This document shows positions 24,835 to 33,894 of a stretch of DNA of 36,747 bases, one piece after another. The position numbers were made by a program, and so were the translations under genes. How positions within the stretch are numbered: position 1 is the stretch's first letter; each line of letters starts with the position of its first letter. Source of the DNA: Gemmatimonadales bacterium (GTDB lineage: Bacteria; Gemmatimonadota; Gemmatimonadetes; Gemmatimonadales; GWC2-71-9); the NCBI GenBank assembly GCA_041612035.1, contig JBFILX010000001.1:1-36747 (forward strand). The letters are read 5' to 3'. Under the pieces are notes generated by a model. That model saw only the letters and a list, made by a program, of their open reading frames with translations, searched no databases and had not been told where the DNA came from.

Positions 24835-24903
24835 TTTCCACAATGGCATTCGTGTGGCGGGGCCCGGCCCCGAGTCCGGAGGCGCCCCGGTGAGGCGCCC
24901 GGC

Positions 24904-27375
24904 GTGAGTCCTCAGCCTCTGTCGCATCCCGACGGGGTGCCGGCGCAAGACCAGGGCGCCGGCACCCCGTCCCCTTTCGCCCAGGCCGCCGCCGGCGGGG
25001 CGGCCGACACGCTCGTCGCCTTCGGCCTCCCCGAGGCCCTCGGGCTGGTGGGCGAACACGCGGCCGGTCCGCTGGGGAGGGCAGCCATCCAGGCGCTGGT
25101 GCCGCTGGCCGACCCCGTGCGGATCGGAACCGAGCTGAGCCTGGTGGGGGAGGCGATCCGCCTGGCGGAGGCCGGGGAGCCGCTCGCCGTGGCGCCGGTG
25201 CCGGAGCTGGGGCCCGTGCTGGACCGGCTCCGGCTCCCGGGGAGCGTGCTCGACGGCCCCGAGCTGGTGGACCTGCGGGCCACCCTCGGCGCGATGCGGC
25301 TGCTGGCCGGGGAGTTCCGGCGCGTGGCGCCCCGCGCCCCCGGGCTGGCCGCGCTGGCGGGCCCGGTGCCGGACCGCCGGGTGGAGCGGCGGCTGGAGGA
25401 TGCGCTGGCCCCCGACGGCGAGCTGCTGGACACCGCCAGCCCGGCGCTGGCCGGCGCGCGGCGGCAGGTGGTCACGGCGCGCGAGCGCCTGGTGCGCAAG
25501 CTCGAGGCGCTGCTGCGCGGCATGGACCCCCAGACCGTCCCCCCCGGGGCGGCGGTGACCATCCGGGGTGGCCGCTACGTCATCCCGGTGCGGCGGGACT
25601 CCCGCGGCCGCCCCGCCGGGATCGTGCTGGACGAGTCGGGGAGCGCGGGGACGCTGTTCATCGAGCCCACCGAGGCGATCGAGCTGGGCAATGCCCTCCG
25701 CGAGGCGATCGCCGCGGAGGCCCGCGAGGCGCTGGCCGTCCTGCGCGAGCTGACGGAGCTGCTCCGGCCCCACCACGCCGACCTCGCCGCCGGTCACGCC
25801 CTGTGCGTCCGCGCCGACACCGTGGCCGCCCGGGCCCGGTACGCGCACGCCATCGGCGCCGGCGTGCCGGAGGTCGGGCCGTCCGGCGGGCCGCTGGTGA
25901 TCCGCAGCGGGCGGCACCCGGTCCTGCTGGCGCGCGGCGGGGAGACGGTGCCGTTCGACCTCGACCTGCAGCCCGGGGAGCGCACCCTGGTGGTGAGCGG
26001 CCCCAACGCCGGCGGGAAGACGGTGCTCCTCAAGTCGGTCGGGCTGTTCGCCGCCCTGGTGCAGTCGGGGGTGGTCCCGCCGGTGGGGGCGGGCAGCCGG
26101 TTCCCGCTGGTGACCGCGTTCTTCGCCGACATCGGGGATCGCCAGTCCATCGCCGACGATCTCTCCACCTTCAGCGGCCACGTGGCGACCCTGCGGCACG
26201 TGCTCGACGAGGCCGATGCCGGCAGCCTGGTGCTGCTGGACGAACTGGGCAGCGGGACCGACCCCGCCGAGGGGGGGGCGCTGGCCTGGGCGGTGCTCGA
26301 GGCCCTCACCCGGCGCGGGACGCTCACCGTCGCCACGACCCACCTGGGGGCTCTGAAGACACTGGCGGGCGAGGAGCCCGGGGTGGTGAACGGCTCGCTG
26401 GAGTTCGACGGTGCCACGCTGAGCCCCACCTACCGCTTCAGCAAGGGCGTGCCGGGGCGGTCGTACGGCCTCTCGATCGCGCGCCGCTTCGGGCTCGACC
26501 CCGCCGTCATCGCGCGGGCCACCGAGCGGGTGCCCGTGCAGGAGCGCGACCTCGACGCGCTGCTGCGGGAGGCGGCCGACCGTGAGCGCCGCGCCCGGGA
26601 ACGCGAGCTCGACCTCGAGGCGGCGCTGGCCCGCACGGCGGAACGCGAGGCCGCGCTGGCCCGCGAGCGCGAGGCGGTCGAGGCCCGGGAGGCGGCGTTG
26701 CGCCGGCGGGAGCGGGAAGCGGAGCGCTCGGCGAAGGCCCAGGCCAGGGCGTACCTGCTGGAGGCGCGGCGCGAGGTGGAGGCCGCCATCGAGACCGCCC
26801 GGGACGGCGCGGAGGCGGCGGCCCGCGAGGCGCGGCGGCGGGTCGAGGAGGCCGTTCGCGAGGCCGGATCCCACCAGCCCGCGGGGGCCGGGGGCCCGCG
26901 GGAGGGCGGGGCCTCGCCGGTGCTCGAGCCCGGCGCGCGGGTCCGCCTGGAGGGGGGCACGGTGGGCCAGGTCGAGGCGATCCGCGACGACGGGATGCTC
27001 ACCGTGCTCGCCGGGAGCCTGCGGATGGTGGTGCCCTCCCGGCTGGTGGCCGAGCGGCTGGCGGAGGCCCCGGCGCCCCGCCGGGCGGACCGGGGCGCGG
27101 CCGCCGCGGTGGAGTCGCGGGTGGAGGCGGCGCCGCTGGAGATCGACCTGCGGGGCATGCGGGTGGACGAGGCGGCGGTGGCGATCCTGGCGGCGCTCGA
27201 CGCCGCCGTGCTGGCGGACCACCCGAGCCTGCGGGTGATCCACGGCAAGGGGACCGGGGCGGTGCGGGAGCGCGTGCACGAGGTGGTGGCCGGCGACCGG
27301 CGGGTCGCCCGCTTCGCGCTGGCGCCGGTCACCGAGGGCGGGTCGGGGGTGACGATCGTGGAGTTCAGGCGATGA
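24904..27375 (+). CDS. mutS2: endonuclease MutS2 (MutS domain plus C-terminal Smr domain)
   Basis: Walker A SGPNAGGKTVLLK, DELGSGTDP, TTH, a charged coiled coil (RERELDLEAALART...), and the Smr domain IDLRGMRVDEA...VIHGKGTGAVR. Start is GTG 24904 (GTG 24937 is an alternative). Confidence 0.93.
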   Translation: MSPQPLSHPDGVPAQDQGAGTPSPFAQAAAGGAADTLVAFGLPEALGLVGEHAAGPLGRAAIQALVPLADPVRIGTELSLVGEAIRLAEAGEPLAVAPVPELGPVLDRLRLPGSVLDGPELVDLRATLGAMRLLAGEFRRVAPRAPGLAALAGPVPDRRVERRLEDALAPDGELLDTASPALAGARRQVVTARERLVRKLEALLRGMDPQTVPPGAAVTIRGGRYVIPVRRDSRGRPAGIVLDESGSAGTLFIEPTEAIELGNALREAIAAEAREALAVLRELTELLRPHHADLAAGHALCVRADTVAARARYAHAIGAGVPEVGPSGGPLVIRSGRHPVLLARGGETVPFDLDLQPGERTLVVSGPNAGGKTVLLKSVGLFAALVQSGVVPPVGAGSRFPLVTAFFADIGDRQSIADDLSTFSGHVATLRHVLDEADAGSLVLLDELGSGTDPAEGGALAWAVLEALTRRGTLTVATTHLGALKTLAGEEPGVVNGSLEFDGATLSPTYRFSKGVPGRSYGLSIARRFGLDPAVIARATERVPVQERDLDALLREAADRERRARERELDLEAALARTAEREAALAREREAVEAREAALRRREREAERSAKAQARAYLLEARREVEAAIETARDGAEAAAREARRRVEEAVREAGSHQPAGAGGPREGGASPVLEPGARVRLEGGTVGQVEAIRDDGMLTVLAGSLRMVVPSRLVAERLAEAPAPRRADRGAAAAVESRVEAAPLEIDLRGMRVDEAAVAILAALDAAVLADHPSLRVIHGKGTGAVRERVHEVVAGDRRVARFALAPVTEGGSGVTIVEFRR

Positions 27376-29147
27376 GCCGGATCCCCGACGAGATCATCGA
27401 ACAGGTGCGGGACGCCGCCGACCTCCTCGAGATCGTGGGTGAGGCCGTGCAGCTCAAGCGGACCGGGGCCGACTATCGGGGCCCCTGTCCGTTCCACGGC
27501 GGCACCAACCGCAACTTCGCGGTGATCCCCAAGAAGGGGATGTACTACTGCTTCGTCTGCCACGAGGGCGGAGACGTTTTCACCTGGCTCATGAAGCGGT
27601 TCGGCATGGATTACCCGACGGCGGTGCGCGAGGTGGCGCGCCGGACCGGGATCGTGGTGCCCGACCAGGAAGCCCGCGAGGGCCCGGATCCACGGGAGCC
27701 GCTCTTCCAGGCGGTCACGCTGGCCCAGGAGTTCTTCGCCCGGCGGCTGCAGGAGGGCGACGACGCGCGGGCCGCGCGCGACTACCTTGCGAGCCGTGAG
27801 ATCCCCGCCGAGCTGGCGGGGGAATGGGGACTGGGCTATGCCCCGCGCGGCGGGCAGCTGCTCGAGCACATGGCCCGCCTGGGCGTCGAGCAGCCGGTCC
27901 TGCTGGAGGCGGGCCTCCTGCAGGCGCGCGATGACGGTCGCGTGGTGCCGCGCTTCCGGGGCCGGCTGCTCTTTCCGATCCACGACGTGCGCGGGCGGGT
28001 GGTCGGGTTCGGCGGGCGGCTGCTGGGCGACGGGGAGCCCAAGTACCTCAACTCCCCCGAGAGCCCGGTCTTCCGGAAGGGCACGATGCTCTACCACCTC
28101 CACCAGGCCAAGGGGGCCATCCGGCGGGAGGAGACGGCCCTGGTGGTGGAGGGGTATTTCGACGTGCTGCGGCTGGCCGCGGCGGGGCTCGAGCACGTGG
28201 TGGCGCCCCTGGGCACCTCCCTCACGGAGGAACAGGCGGCGACCCTGCGCCGGTATGCCAAGACCGCCGTGCTCCTGTTCGACAGCGACCGGGCGGGACT
28301 CCGGGCCACCTTCCGTGCCGGGGACGAGCTGCTGCGCCGCGGCGTGCGGGTCCGGGTGGCCTCGCTGCCCCCCGGCGAGGACCCCGATTCGGTGGCCCGG
28401 GCCGGCGGCGCTCAGGCCATCGAGGCCCTGGTGCGGGACGCGATGGACCTGCTCGACCGCAAGCTCCAGCTGCTGGAACAGCGCGGCTGGCTGGGCGACC
28501 TGCAGCGCAAGCGGGAGGCGCTCGACCGGATCCTCCCCACGCTGCGGGCCGCGGCCGATCCGATCGTGCGCGACCTGTACGTGGGGCGGGTCGCGGAGCG
28601 GATGGGCGTCTCGCGGGAGACGCTGGAGCGGGAGCTGCGCAGTTCGCCACGGCCCGCGGGCTCCCCGCCGCCCCCGGCCCCCGGGGCCGACGGGGCCTCG
28701 CGCGGACGGGCCGCCCGGGCCTGGAACCGGGCCGAGGCCGCGCTGCTGCGGATCCTGCTGGCCGCGCCCGAATGGCGGTCGCGCGCGCGCCACGACGTCC
28801 CGGAGGAGTGGTTCGAGGTCCCGGCGTACCGGGCCGTCTACCACGCGCTGACGGGGCTGCCGGACCAGGCCGATGCGGGTGACGTGGCGGCGGGGCTGGG
28901 CGAGGCGGAGCTGGCCGAGTTCGACCGGCTGCGCGAGTCCGCGGAGGCGCTGGCCGGCCTCCAGTTCGACCAGGAGTACGCCGCGGCGGCGGACAAGCTC
29001 CGGGACCGGGCCGAGTTCCGCCGGCTCGGCCAGGTGCGGGATCCGGCAGAGCGGCGCCGCATCATGGACCGCTGGTCCAGGGAAACGAAGCAACGCTACT
29101 CGTGGTTCCGGGCCGCCCAGCGCGGCCGGTCGCCACGGCGAACTTGA
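27372..29147 (+). CDS. dnaG: DNA primase
   Basis: Zinc-binding domain CPFHGGTNRNFAVIPKKGMYYCFVCHEGGD, TOPRIM region (VVEGYFDV, LFDSDRAG) and a C-terminal helicase-interaction region. ATGA overlap with mutS2. Confidence 0.96.
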   Translation: MSRIPDEIIEQVRDAADLLEIVGEAVQLKRTGADYRGPCPFHGGTNRNFAVIPKKGMYYCFVCHEGGDVFTWLMKRFGMDYPTAVREVARRTGIVVPDQEAREGPDPREPLFQAVTLAQEFFARRLQEGDDARAARDYLASREIPAELAGEWGLGYAPRGGQLLEHMARLGVEQPVLLEAGLLQARDDGRVVPRFRGRLLFPIHDVRGRVVGFGGRLLGDGEPKYLNSPESPVFRKGTMLYHLHQAKGAIRREETALVVEGYFDVLRLAAAGLEHVVAPLGTSLTEEQAATLRRYAKTAVLLFDSDRAGLRATFRAGDELLRRGVRVRVASLPPGEDPDSVARAGGAQAIEALVRDAMDLLDRKLQLLEQRGWLGDLQRKREALDRILPTLRAAADPIVRDLYVGRVAERMGVSRETLERELRSSPRPAGSPPPPAPGADGASRGRAARAWNRAEAALLRILLAAPEWRSRARHDVPEEWFEVPAYRAVYHALTGLPDQADAGDVAAGLGEAELAEFDRLRESAEALAGLQFDQEYAAAADKLRDRAEFRRLGQVRDPAERRRIMDRWSRETKQRYSWFRAAQRGRSPRRT

Positions 29148-29166
29148 CCCCAGGCAGGTGAGGACG

Positions 29167-29883
29167 ATGCATCAGGAACTGGAGACGCTGCTCGAACTGC
29201 AGGCGAAGGACCTGGTCCTCCACGAGCTGGAGACCCGGCGCCAGGGTCTGCTCGCGGAGGTGGCCACGCTCGACGACGAGCTGGCGCGGGCCCGCGGCGC
29301 ACTGGACGCGGCCCGCCGGCTGGTGGACGACCGGGTGAAGCGGCGGGTGGACGTCGAGGCCAAGGTGGAGGGCCTGCGGGTGCTGCAGGAGCGGCGCCGC
29401 CAGCGGGTCGAGATGGCGAAGACCTCCCGGGAGCTTCAGGCGCTCAGCAACGAGCTGGAGCTCGCCCGCTCGGTCCTGGCCCGCGAGGAAAACGAGTGGT
29501 TCCGCGCCGCCGAAGCGGTCACCGCCGGGGAGCAGGAGGTCGAATCGGCCACGGCCCGGCTCAGCGAGCTGGGCGAGAGCCGCCAGGCCGACCGGGAGGA
29601 ACTCACCGCCAGGATCGCGGCCCTCGAGTCCGAGATCGAGACCGCCCGCGAGGCCCGCCGCGAGGTGACCGACCGGCTCGGCCGGGCACTGCTGCAGCGC
29701 TACGAGCGCCTGCGGCAGACCCGCACCTCGGCCGTGGTGGTGGCCCTCCGCAACGACGCCTGCGGCGCCTGCTTCACCGCCATCCCCATGAGCCGACGGA
29801 ACCACATCCGGCTCGGGGTCTCGCTGGACGGCTGCGAGGCCTGCGGCGTGATCCTCTACGCGGCGGACGACGGGGCGGCGTGA
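29167..29883 (+). CDS. coiled-coil protein with C-terminal C4 zinc ribbon (COG1579 / DUF164-like)
   Basis: About 190 aa of heptad-like charged coiled coil followed by CGACF...CEACG. Preceded by a good SD (AGGTGAGGA) 2-10 nt upstream of the ATG. Confidence 0.8.
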   Translation: MHQELETLLELQAKDLVLHELETRRQGLLAEVATLDDELARARGALDAARRLVDDRVKRRVDVEAKVEGLRVLQERRRQRVEMAKTSRELQALSNELELARSVLAREENEWFRAAEAVTAGEQEVESATARLSELGESRQADREELTARIAALESEIETAREARREVTDRLGRALLQRYERLRQTRTSAVVVALRNDACGACFTAIPMSRRNHIRLGVSLDGCEACGVILYAADDGAA

Positions 29884-31616
29884 ACCGGGCCGCTGCGCCG
29901 GCGGTGCCCACCCGGTGGGTCGTGGCGCCGGCGCCCGATCCGCGGGTGGTGGACGACCTGGCCCGCGCCCTCGAGCTGCCGGGCGCGCTGGCGGGCCTGC
30001 TGATCCAGCGCGGCTTCGACACGCCCGACGCGGCCAAGGCCTTCCTCCGGCCCGACCTCGCCTCGCTGGCCGACCCGTACGCCCTGGCCGGGATGGCCGG
30101 GGCGGTGGAGGTCGTGCGGGCGGCGGTCCGCGGCGGCCGGACGATCCTGGTGCACGGCGACTACGACGTGGACGGCCAGAGCGCGACGGCGCTGCTCACC
30201 CGCACGCTCGAGGCCGCCGGGGCCCGCGTGGTGGGGTTCGTGCCCCACCGGCTGCGCGACGGCTACGATTTCGGTCCCGCCGGGCTCGCGGAGGCCCGCC
30301 GGATCGGGGCGGGGCTCATCATCACCTGCGACTGCGGCATCACCGCGCTGGATCCCGTCGCCCAGGCGCAGGCCGAGGGCATCGAGGTGGTGGTCACCGA
30401 CCACCACCTGCCGGGCCCGGCACTGCCCCGGGCGTCGGCGGTGATCGATCCCCAGCGGTCGGACGACGAGTCGGGGCTGGGGATGCTGTGCGGCACCGGC
30501 CTCGCCTTCAAGCTGGCCCAGGCGCTGGTGCCCGCGCTCGACCTGCCCGAGACGATGCCGCTGCATCTGCTCGACCTCGTCGCGCTGGCCACCATCGCCG
30601 ACGTCGTCCCGCTGATCGGCGAGAACCGGGTGCTGGTACGGCACGGGCTCCGGCTGCTCCAGCATTCCCGCTGGCCGGGGGTCCGCGCCCTGATCGAGAG
30701 CGCGGGGCTCGCCAACCGCGCCATCCGCGCGGGGCAGGTCGCGTTCATCCTGGCCCCGCGGCTGAACGCCGCCGGCCGGGTGGGGGAGGCCGCCGACGGG
30801 CTCCGCCTCCTGCTCACCGACGACCCCGCCGAGTCGGCCCGCCTGGCGGAGCGGCTGGGCCGGTACAACGCCGAGCGCCAGGACATCGATCAGCGGATCC
30901 TGCGCGAGGCCCTGGACCAGGTGGCGGACGGGTTCGACCCGGCCCGCGACGCCGCGTTCGTGCTCGCCTCGGAGGACTGGCACCCCGGCGTCGTCGGGAT
31001 CGTCGCGTCCCGCGTGGTCGAGCGCTACGGCCGGCCCACCTTCCTGGTGGGGTTCGACGGCGAGATCGGGAAGGGCTCGGGGCGCAGCATCAGCCGGTTC
31101 GACCTGCACGCCGCGCTGGTGGAGTGCGGTGACCTGCTGGACCGCTACGGGGGACACCGGATGGCGGCCGGCGTCACGGTGCGGCGCGGGCGCTTCGAGG
31201 CCTTCCGCGACCGGTTCCGCGAGGTGGCCCGGCAGCGGCTCGATCCGGCGACGCTGGGCCCCGAGCAGCGGGTGGACCTGGAGATCGCCCTGGAGGACGT
31301 CACCGACGACCTCGAACGCCTGTGCCGTCACCTCGAGCCCTGCGGGATGGGCAACCCGGCCCCCGTCTTCGGGCTGCGCCGCACCGCGCTGGAGCGGCTC
31401 CAGGTGGTGGGCGACGGCCACCTGAAGGGATGGCTGGTGGGTGCCGGACGGCGGCTGAGCGCCATCGGGTTCCAGTTCGCCGACCGCTACCCCTGGCTGC
31501 AGGAGGGGCCGGTGGACGCCGCGATCCGGATCGAGCGGAACGAGTTCCGCGGCGAAAGCAGCCTGCAGGCCCGCCTGCTGGCCCTCTCCCCCGGCGGTAC
31601 CGCGGCCGGACCGTGA
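29880..31616 (+). CDS. recJ: single-stranded-DNA-specific exonuclease RecJ
   Basis: DHH motifs HGDYDVDGQ, TCDCGI and VVTDHHLPG, the DHHA1 motif GGHRMAAG, and a C-terminal OB-like domain. GTGA overlap with the zinc-ribbon gene. Confidence 0.95.
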   Translation: MNRAAAPAVPTRWVVAPAPDPRVVDDLARALELPGALAGLLIQRGFDTPDAAKAFLRPDLASLADPYALAGMAGAVEVVRAAVRGGRTILVHGDYDVDGQSATALLTRTLEAAGARVVGFVPHRLRDGYDFGPAGLAEARRIGAGLIITCDCGITALDPVAQAQAEGIEVVVTDHHLPGPALPRASAVIDPQRSDDESGLGMLCGTGLAFKLAQALVPALDLPETMPLHLLDLVALATIADVVPLIGENRVLVRHGLRLLQHSRWPGVRALIESAGLANRAIRAGQVAFILAPRLNAAGRVGEAADGLRLLLTDDPAESARLAERLGRYNAERQDIDQRILREALDQVADGFDPARDAAFVLASEDWHPGVVGIVASRVVERYGRPTFLVGFDGEIGKGSGRSISRFDLHAALVECGDLLDRYGGHRMAAGVTVRRGRFEAFRDRFREVARQRLDPATLGPEQRVDLEIALEDVTDDLERLCRHLEPCGMGNPAPVFGLRRTALERLQVVGDGHLKGWLVGAGRRLSAIGFQFADRYPWLQEGPVDAAIRIERNEFRGESSLQARLLALSPGGTAAGP

Positions 31617-32131
31617 CCCGGATCATCGCCGGCGAGTTCGGCGGGCGGCGCCTGGCGGTGGCGCGCGGCCGGCGGGTCCGCCCCACCTCCGACCGGGTGC
31701 GCGAGGCCTGGATGAGCATCCTGGGCCCCCGGCTGCCGGGCGCCCGGGTGCTCGACCTGTACGCCGGGACCGGCGCGCTGGGCCTGGAGGCGGTGTCGCG
31801 CGGCGCGGTGCACGCCGACCTGGTCGAGCGGGTGCCCGACGTGGTGGTCGTGCTCCGGCGGAACGTCGACGCGCTGGGGGTGCGCGACCGGGTCCGGGTG
31901 ATCCGCGCGGACGCCCTCCGGTTCGTCGCGGGGCTGCCGCCGCGGGCCTACGACATCGCCCTTGCGGACCCGCCCTACGCGGGGGATTATGCCGAGCGGC
32001 TGGTGGAGCGGTTCCGGGAACAGCCGTTCGCGGAACTCCTGGCCCTGGAACACCCGGCCGCCCGTCCGCTGCCGGGCGACGAGACCCGCCGCTACGGCGA
32101 CACGGCCATCACCTTCTGTCGGGCCCCATGA
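31613..32131 (+). CDS. rsmD: 16S rRNA (guanine966-N2)-methyltransferase RsmD
   Basis: [41 protein letters not shown] and the DPPY motif (LADPPYAG). GTGA overlap with recJ. Confidence 0.88.
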   Translation: MTRIIAGEFGGRRLAVARGRRVRPTSDRVREAWMSILGPRLPGARVLDLYAGTGALGLEAVSRGAVHADLVERVPDVVVVLRRNVDALGVRDRVRVIRADALRFVAGLPPRAYDIALADPPYAGDYAERLVERFREQPFAELLALEHPAARPLPGDETRRYGDTAITFCRAP

Positions 32132-32610
32132 CCCGCATCGCGATCTACCCCGGCTCGTTCGATCCCCCCACCCGGGGCCACGAGGACCTGATCCGCCGGA
32201 GCCGGACCCTGGCCGATCGGGTGATCGTGGCGGTCGCCCAGCACAGCGAGAAGCGGGCGGTCTTCTCGGTGGAGGAGCGCCTCGAGCTGCTGCGGGCCGT
32301 GGTGGGGGAGACGCCGGACGTGGAAGTGGCCCATTTCTCGGGCCTGCTGGCCGACTTCGCCAAGGCCCGCGGCGCCCGGCTCATCATCCGCGGCCTCCGG
32401 GCCGCCGGCGACTTCGAGTACGAGTTCCAGATGGCCCTGATGAACCGCCAGCTCCATCCCGACCTGGAGACGGTCTTCCTGGCCCCCGCCTTCGACCTCA
32501 CCTTCCTCAGTTCGAGCCTGGTTCGCGAAGTCGCCCGGTACGGCGGGGATCTCGGCACCCTGGTTCATCCGGCGGTCCGCGAGGCGCTCGCCCGGGCCTA
32601 CGCCCGGTGA
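32128..32610 (+). CDS. coaD: phosphopantetheine adenylyltransferase
   Basis: [30 protein letters not shown] and [12 protein letters not shown] overlap with rsmD; the rsmD-coaD pairing is widely conserved. Confidence 0.95.
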   Translation: MTRIAIYPGSFDPPTRGHEDLIRRSRTLADRVIVAVAQHSEKRAVFSVEERLELLRAVVGETPDVEVAHFSGLLADFAKARGARLIIRGLRAAGDFEYEFQMALMNRQLHPDLETVFLAPAFDLTFLSSSLVREVARYGGDLGTLVHPAVREALARAYAR

Positions 32611-33542
32611 GCTTCCGCGAGGCGTTGCACGCGCGGGCCCGGGCCGCCGGGTCCCGCGTGGTGCTGGCGGAAGGGGAGGACCCCAGGGTCCGCGAGGCCG
32701 CCGGCCTGCTCGAGGCCCGGGAGATCTGCCGGCCCGTCCTGCTCGGCCCCCAGGGGATCGATCCCGGGAGCGACCCGCGGCTGCCGGCGGTGGCGGAACT
32801 GCTGCGGGCCCGGCGTCCGGACCGGGTCCGGGACGGGGTCCATGCGCTCGACCTGGCCAGCGACCCGCTTCGCTTCGGTGCAGGCCTGGTGGCGCTGGGC
32901 GAAGCCGAGGGGTGCGTGGCCGGGGCCGTTCACCCCACGGCCGCGGTGATCCGCGCCGCCCTCTGGGCCATCGGGACCGACGCGGGCGGGCTGGTCAGCT
33001 CGGCGTTCTACATGCTGCTGCCCGAGGGCGGGGTGCTCACCTTCACCGACTGCGCCGTGGTGGAACGCCCCGATCCCGACCAGCTGGCGCAGATCGCCCT
33101 CGCCGCGGCCCGCGACCGGCCCCGCCTGGTAGGCGATACCCCGCGGGTCGCCTTCCTCTCGTTTTCCACCCGCGGCAGCGCGGCCGGGCCCTCGGTGGAG
33201 CGGGTGGCCGCGGCGGTGGCCCGGTTCCGTGCCCTCGCCCCCGACGTGGTGGCCGACGGCGAGCTGCAGGGCGACGCGGCCCTCGTGCCCGGGATCGCGG
33301 AGCGCAAGGCCCCGGGGTCGCCGGTGGCCGGGGCGGCCAACGTGCTGGTCTTCCCGGACCTCGACGCGGGCAATATCGCCTACAAGCTGGTCCAGCGGCT
33401 GGGCGGCGCGGCCGCGATCGGTCCGCTGTTTCAGGGCCTGCGGCGCCCGATGTCGGACCTGTCGCGTGGAGCGACCGTCCATGATATTGTGGATGTGACG
33501 GCAATGGTGGCCCTCCAGGGCGGCCAGGACGGCGAGACCTAG
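32607..33542 (+). CDS. pta: phosphate acetyltransferase (short, catalytic-domain-only form) or related phosphate acyltransferase
   Basis: [33 protein letters not shown] and [17 protein letters not shown] match the PTA_PTB catalytic domain. GTGA overlap with coaD. Confidence 0.82.
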   Translation: MSFREALHARARAAGSRVVLAEGEDPRVREAAGLLEAREICRPVLLGPQGIDPGSDPRLPAVAELLRARRPDRVRDGVHALDLASDPLRFGAGLVALGEAEGCVAGAVHPTAAVIRAALWAIGTDAGGLVSSAFYMLLPEGGVLTFTDCAVVERPDPDQLAQIALAAARDRPRLVGDTPRVAFLSFSTRGSAAGPSVERVAAAVARFRALAPDVVADGELQGDAALVPGIAERKAPGSPVAGAANVLVFPDLDAGNIAYKLVQRLGGAAAIGPLFQGLRRPMSDLSRGATVHDIVDVTAMVALQGGQDGET

Positions 33543-33552
33543 GAGCGAACGC

Positions 33553-33885
33553 ATGGCCCTCAGCACAGCGACCCGCGGCGACGTGACCGTCATCCAGGTG
33601 GATGGCCAGCTCACCGTCGGCAACCGGCAGGACCTGAAAGCCGCGGTGCAGCAGGCGGTGGACGGCGGGGCGCGCAAGCTCCTGCTCGACTGCGCCGCCA
33701 CCAGCTACATCGACTCCTCGGGGCTGGGCGCCCTCGTCACCATCTCCAAGCGCGTCCGGGAAGTCGGCGGCCTGATCCGGCTGGCCGGCCTCAATGACGA
33801 CCTGCGCTCGCTGTTCGAGCTGACCAAGCTCGACACGCTGTTCGCCATCTACCCCGATTCGCGCCAGGCCCTCGACGGGTTCTGA
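33553..33885 (+). CDS. STAS-domain anti-sigma-factor antagonist (SpoIIAA/RsbV-like)
   Basis: 110 aa, with the conserved phospho-serine motif YIDSSGLGALV. SD AGGAG lies 8-12 nt upstream of the ATG. Confidence 0.88.
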   Translation: MALSTATRGDVTVIQVDGQLTVGNRQDLKAAVQQAVDGGARKLLLDCAATSYIDSSGLGALVTISKRVREVGGLIRLAGLNDDLRSLFELTKLDTLFAIYPDSRQALDGF

Positions 33886-33894
33886 GGCGGGGCC

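Noticed and set aside
24748-29093. Very long minus-strand ORFs (24748-27279, 843 aa; 26430-29093, 887 aa) antisense to mutS2 and dnaG. Similar cases are 11868-13661, 14606-15823, 15780-17210 and 17174-18529.
   Set aside because: Their translations are low-complexity Arg/Pro/Gly/Ala strings with no motifs. The opposite or alternative frame encodes proteins with unambiguous family signatures. Long open antisense frames are expected at this GC content because stop codons are AT-rich.
29142-29149. A TTGACC -35-like box upstream of the zinc-ribbon gene.
   Set aside because: The hexamer simply contains the dnaG stop codon (acTTGAcc). No -10-like element follows at an appropriate distance, and the gene has a strong SD consistent with co-transcription with dnaG.
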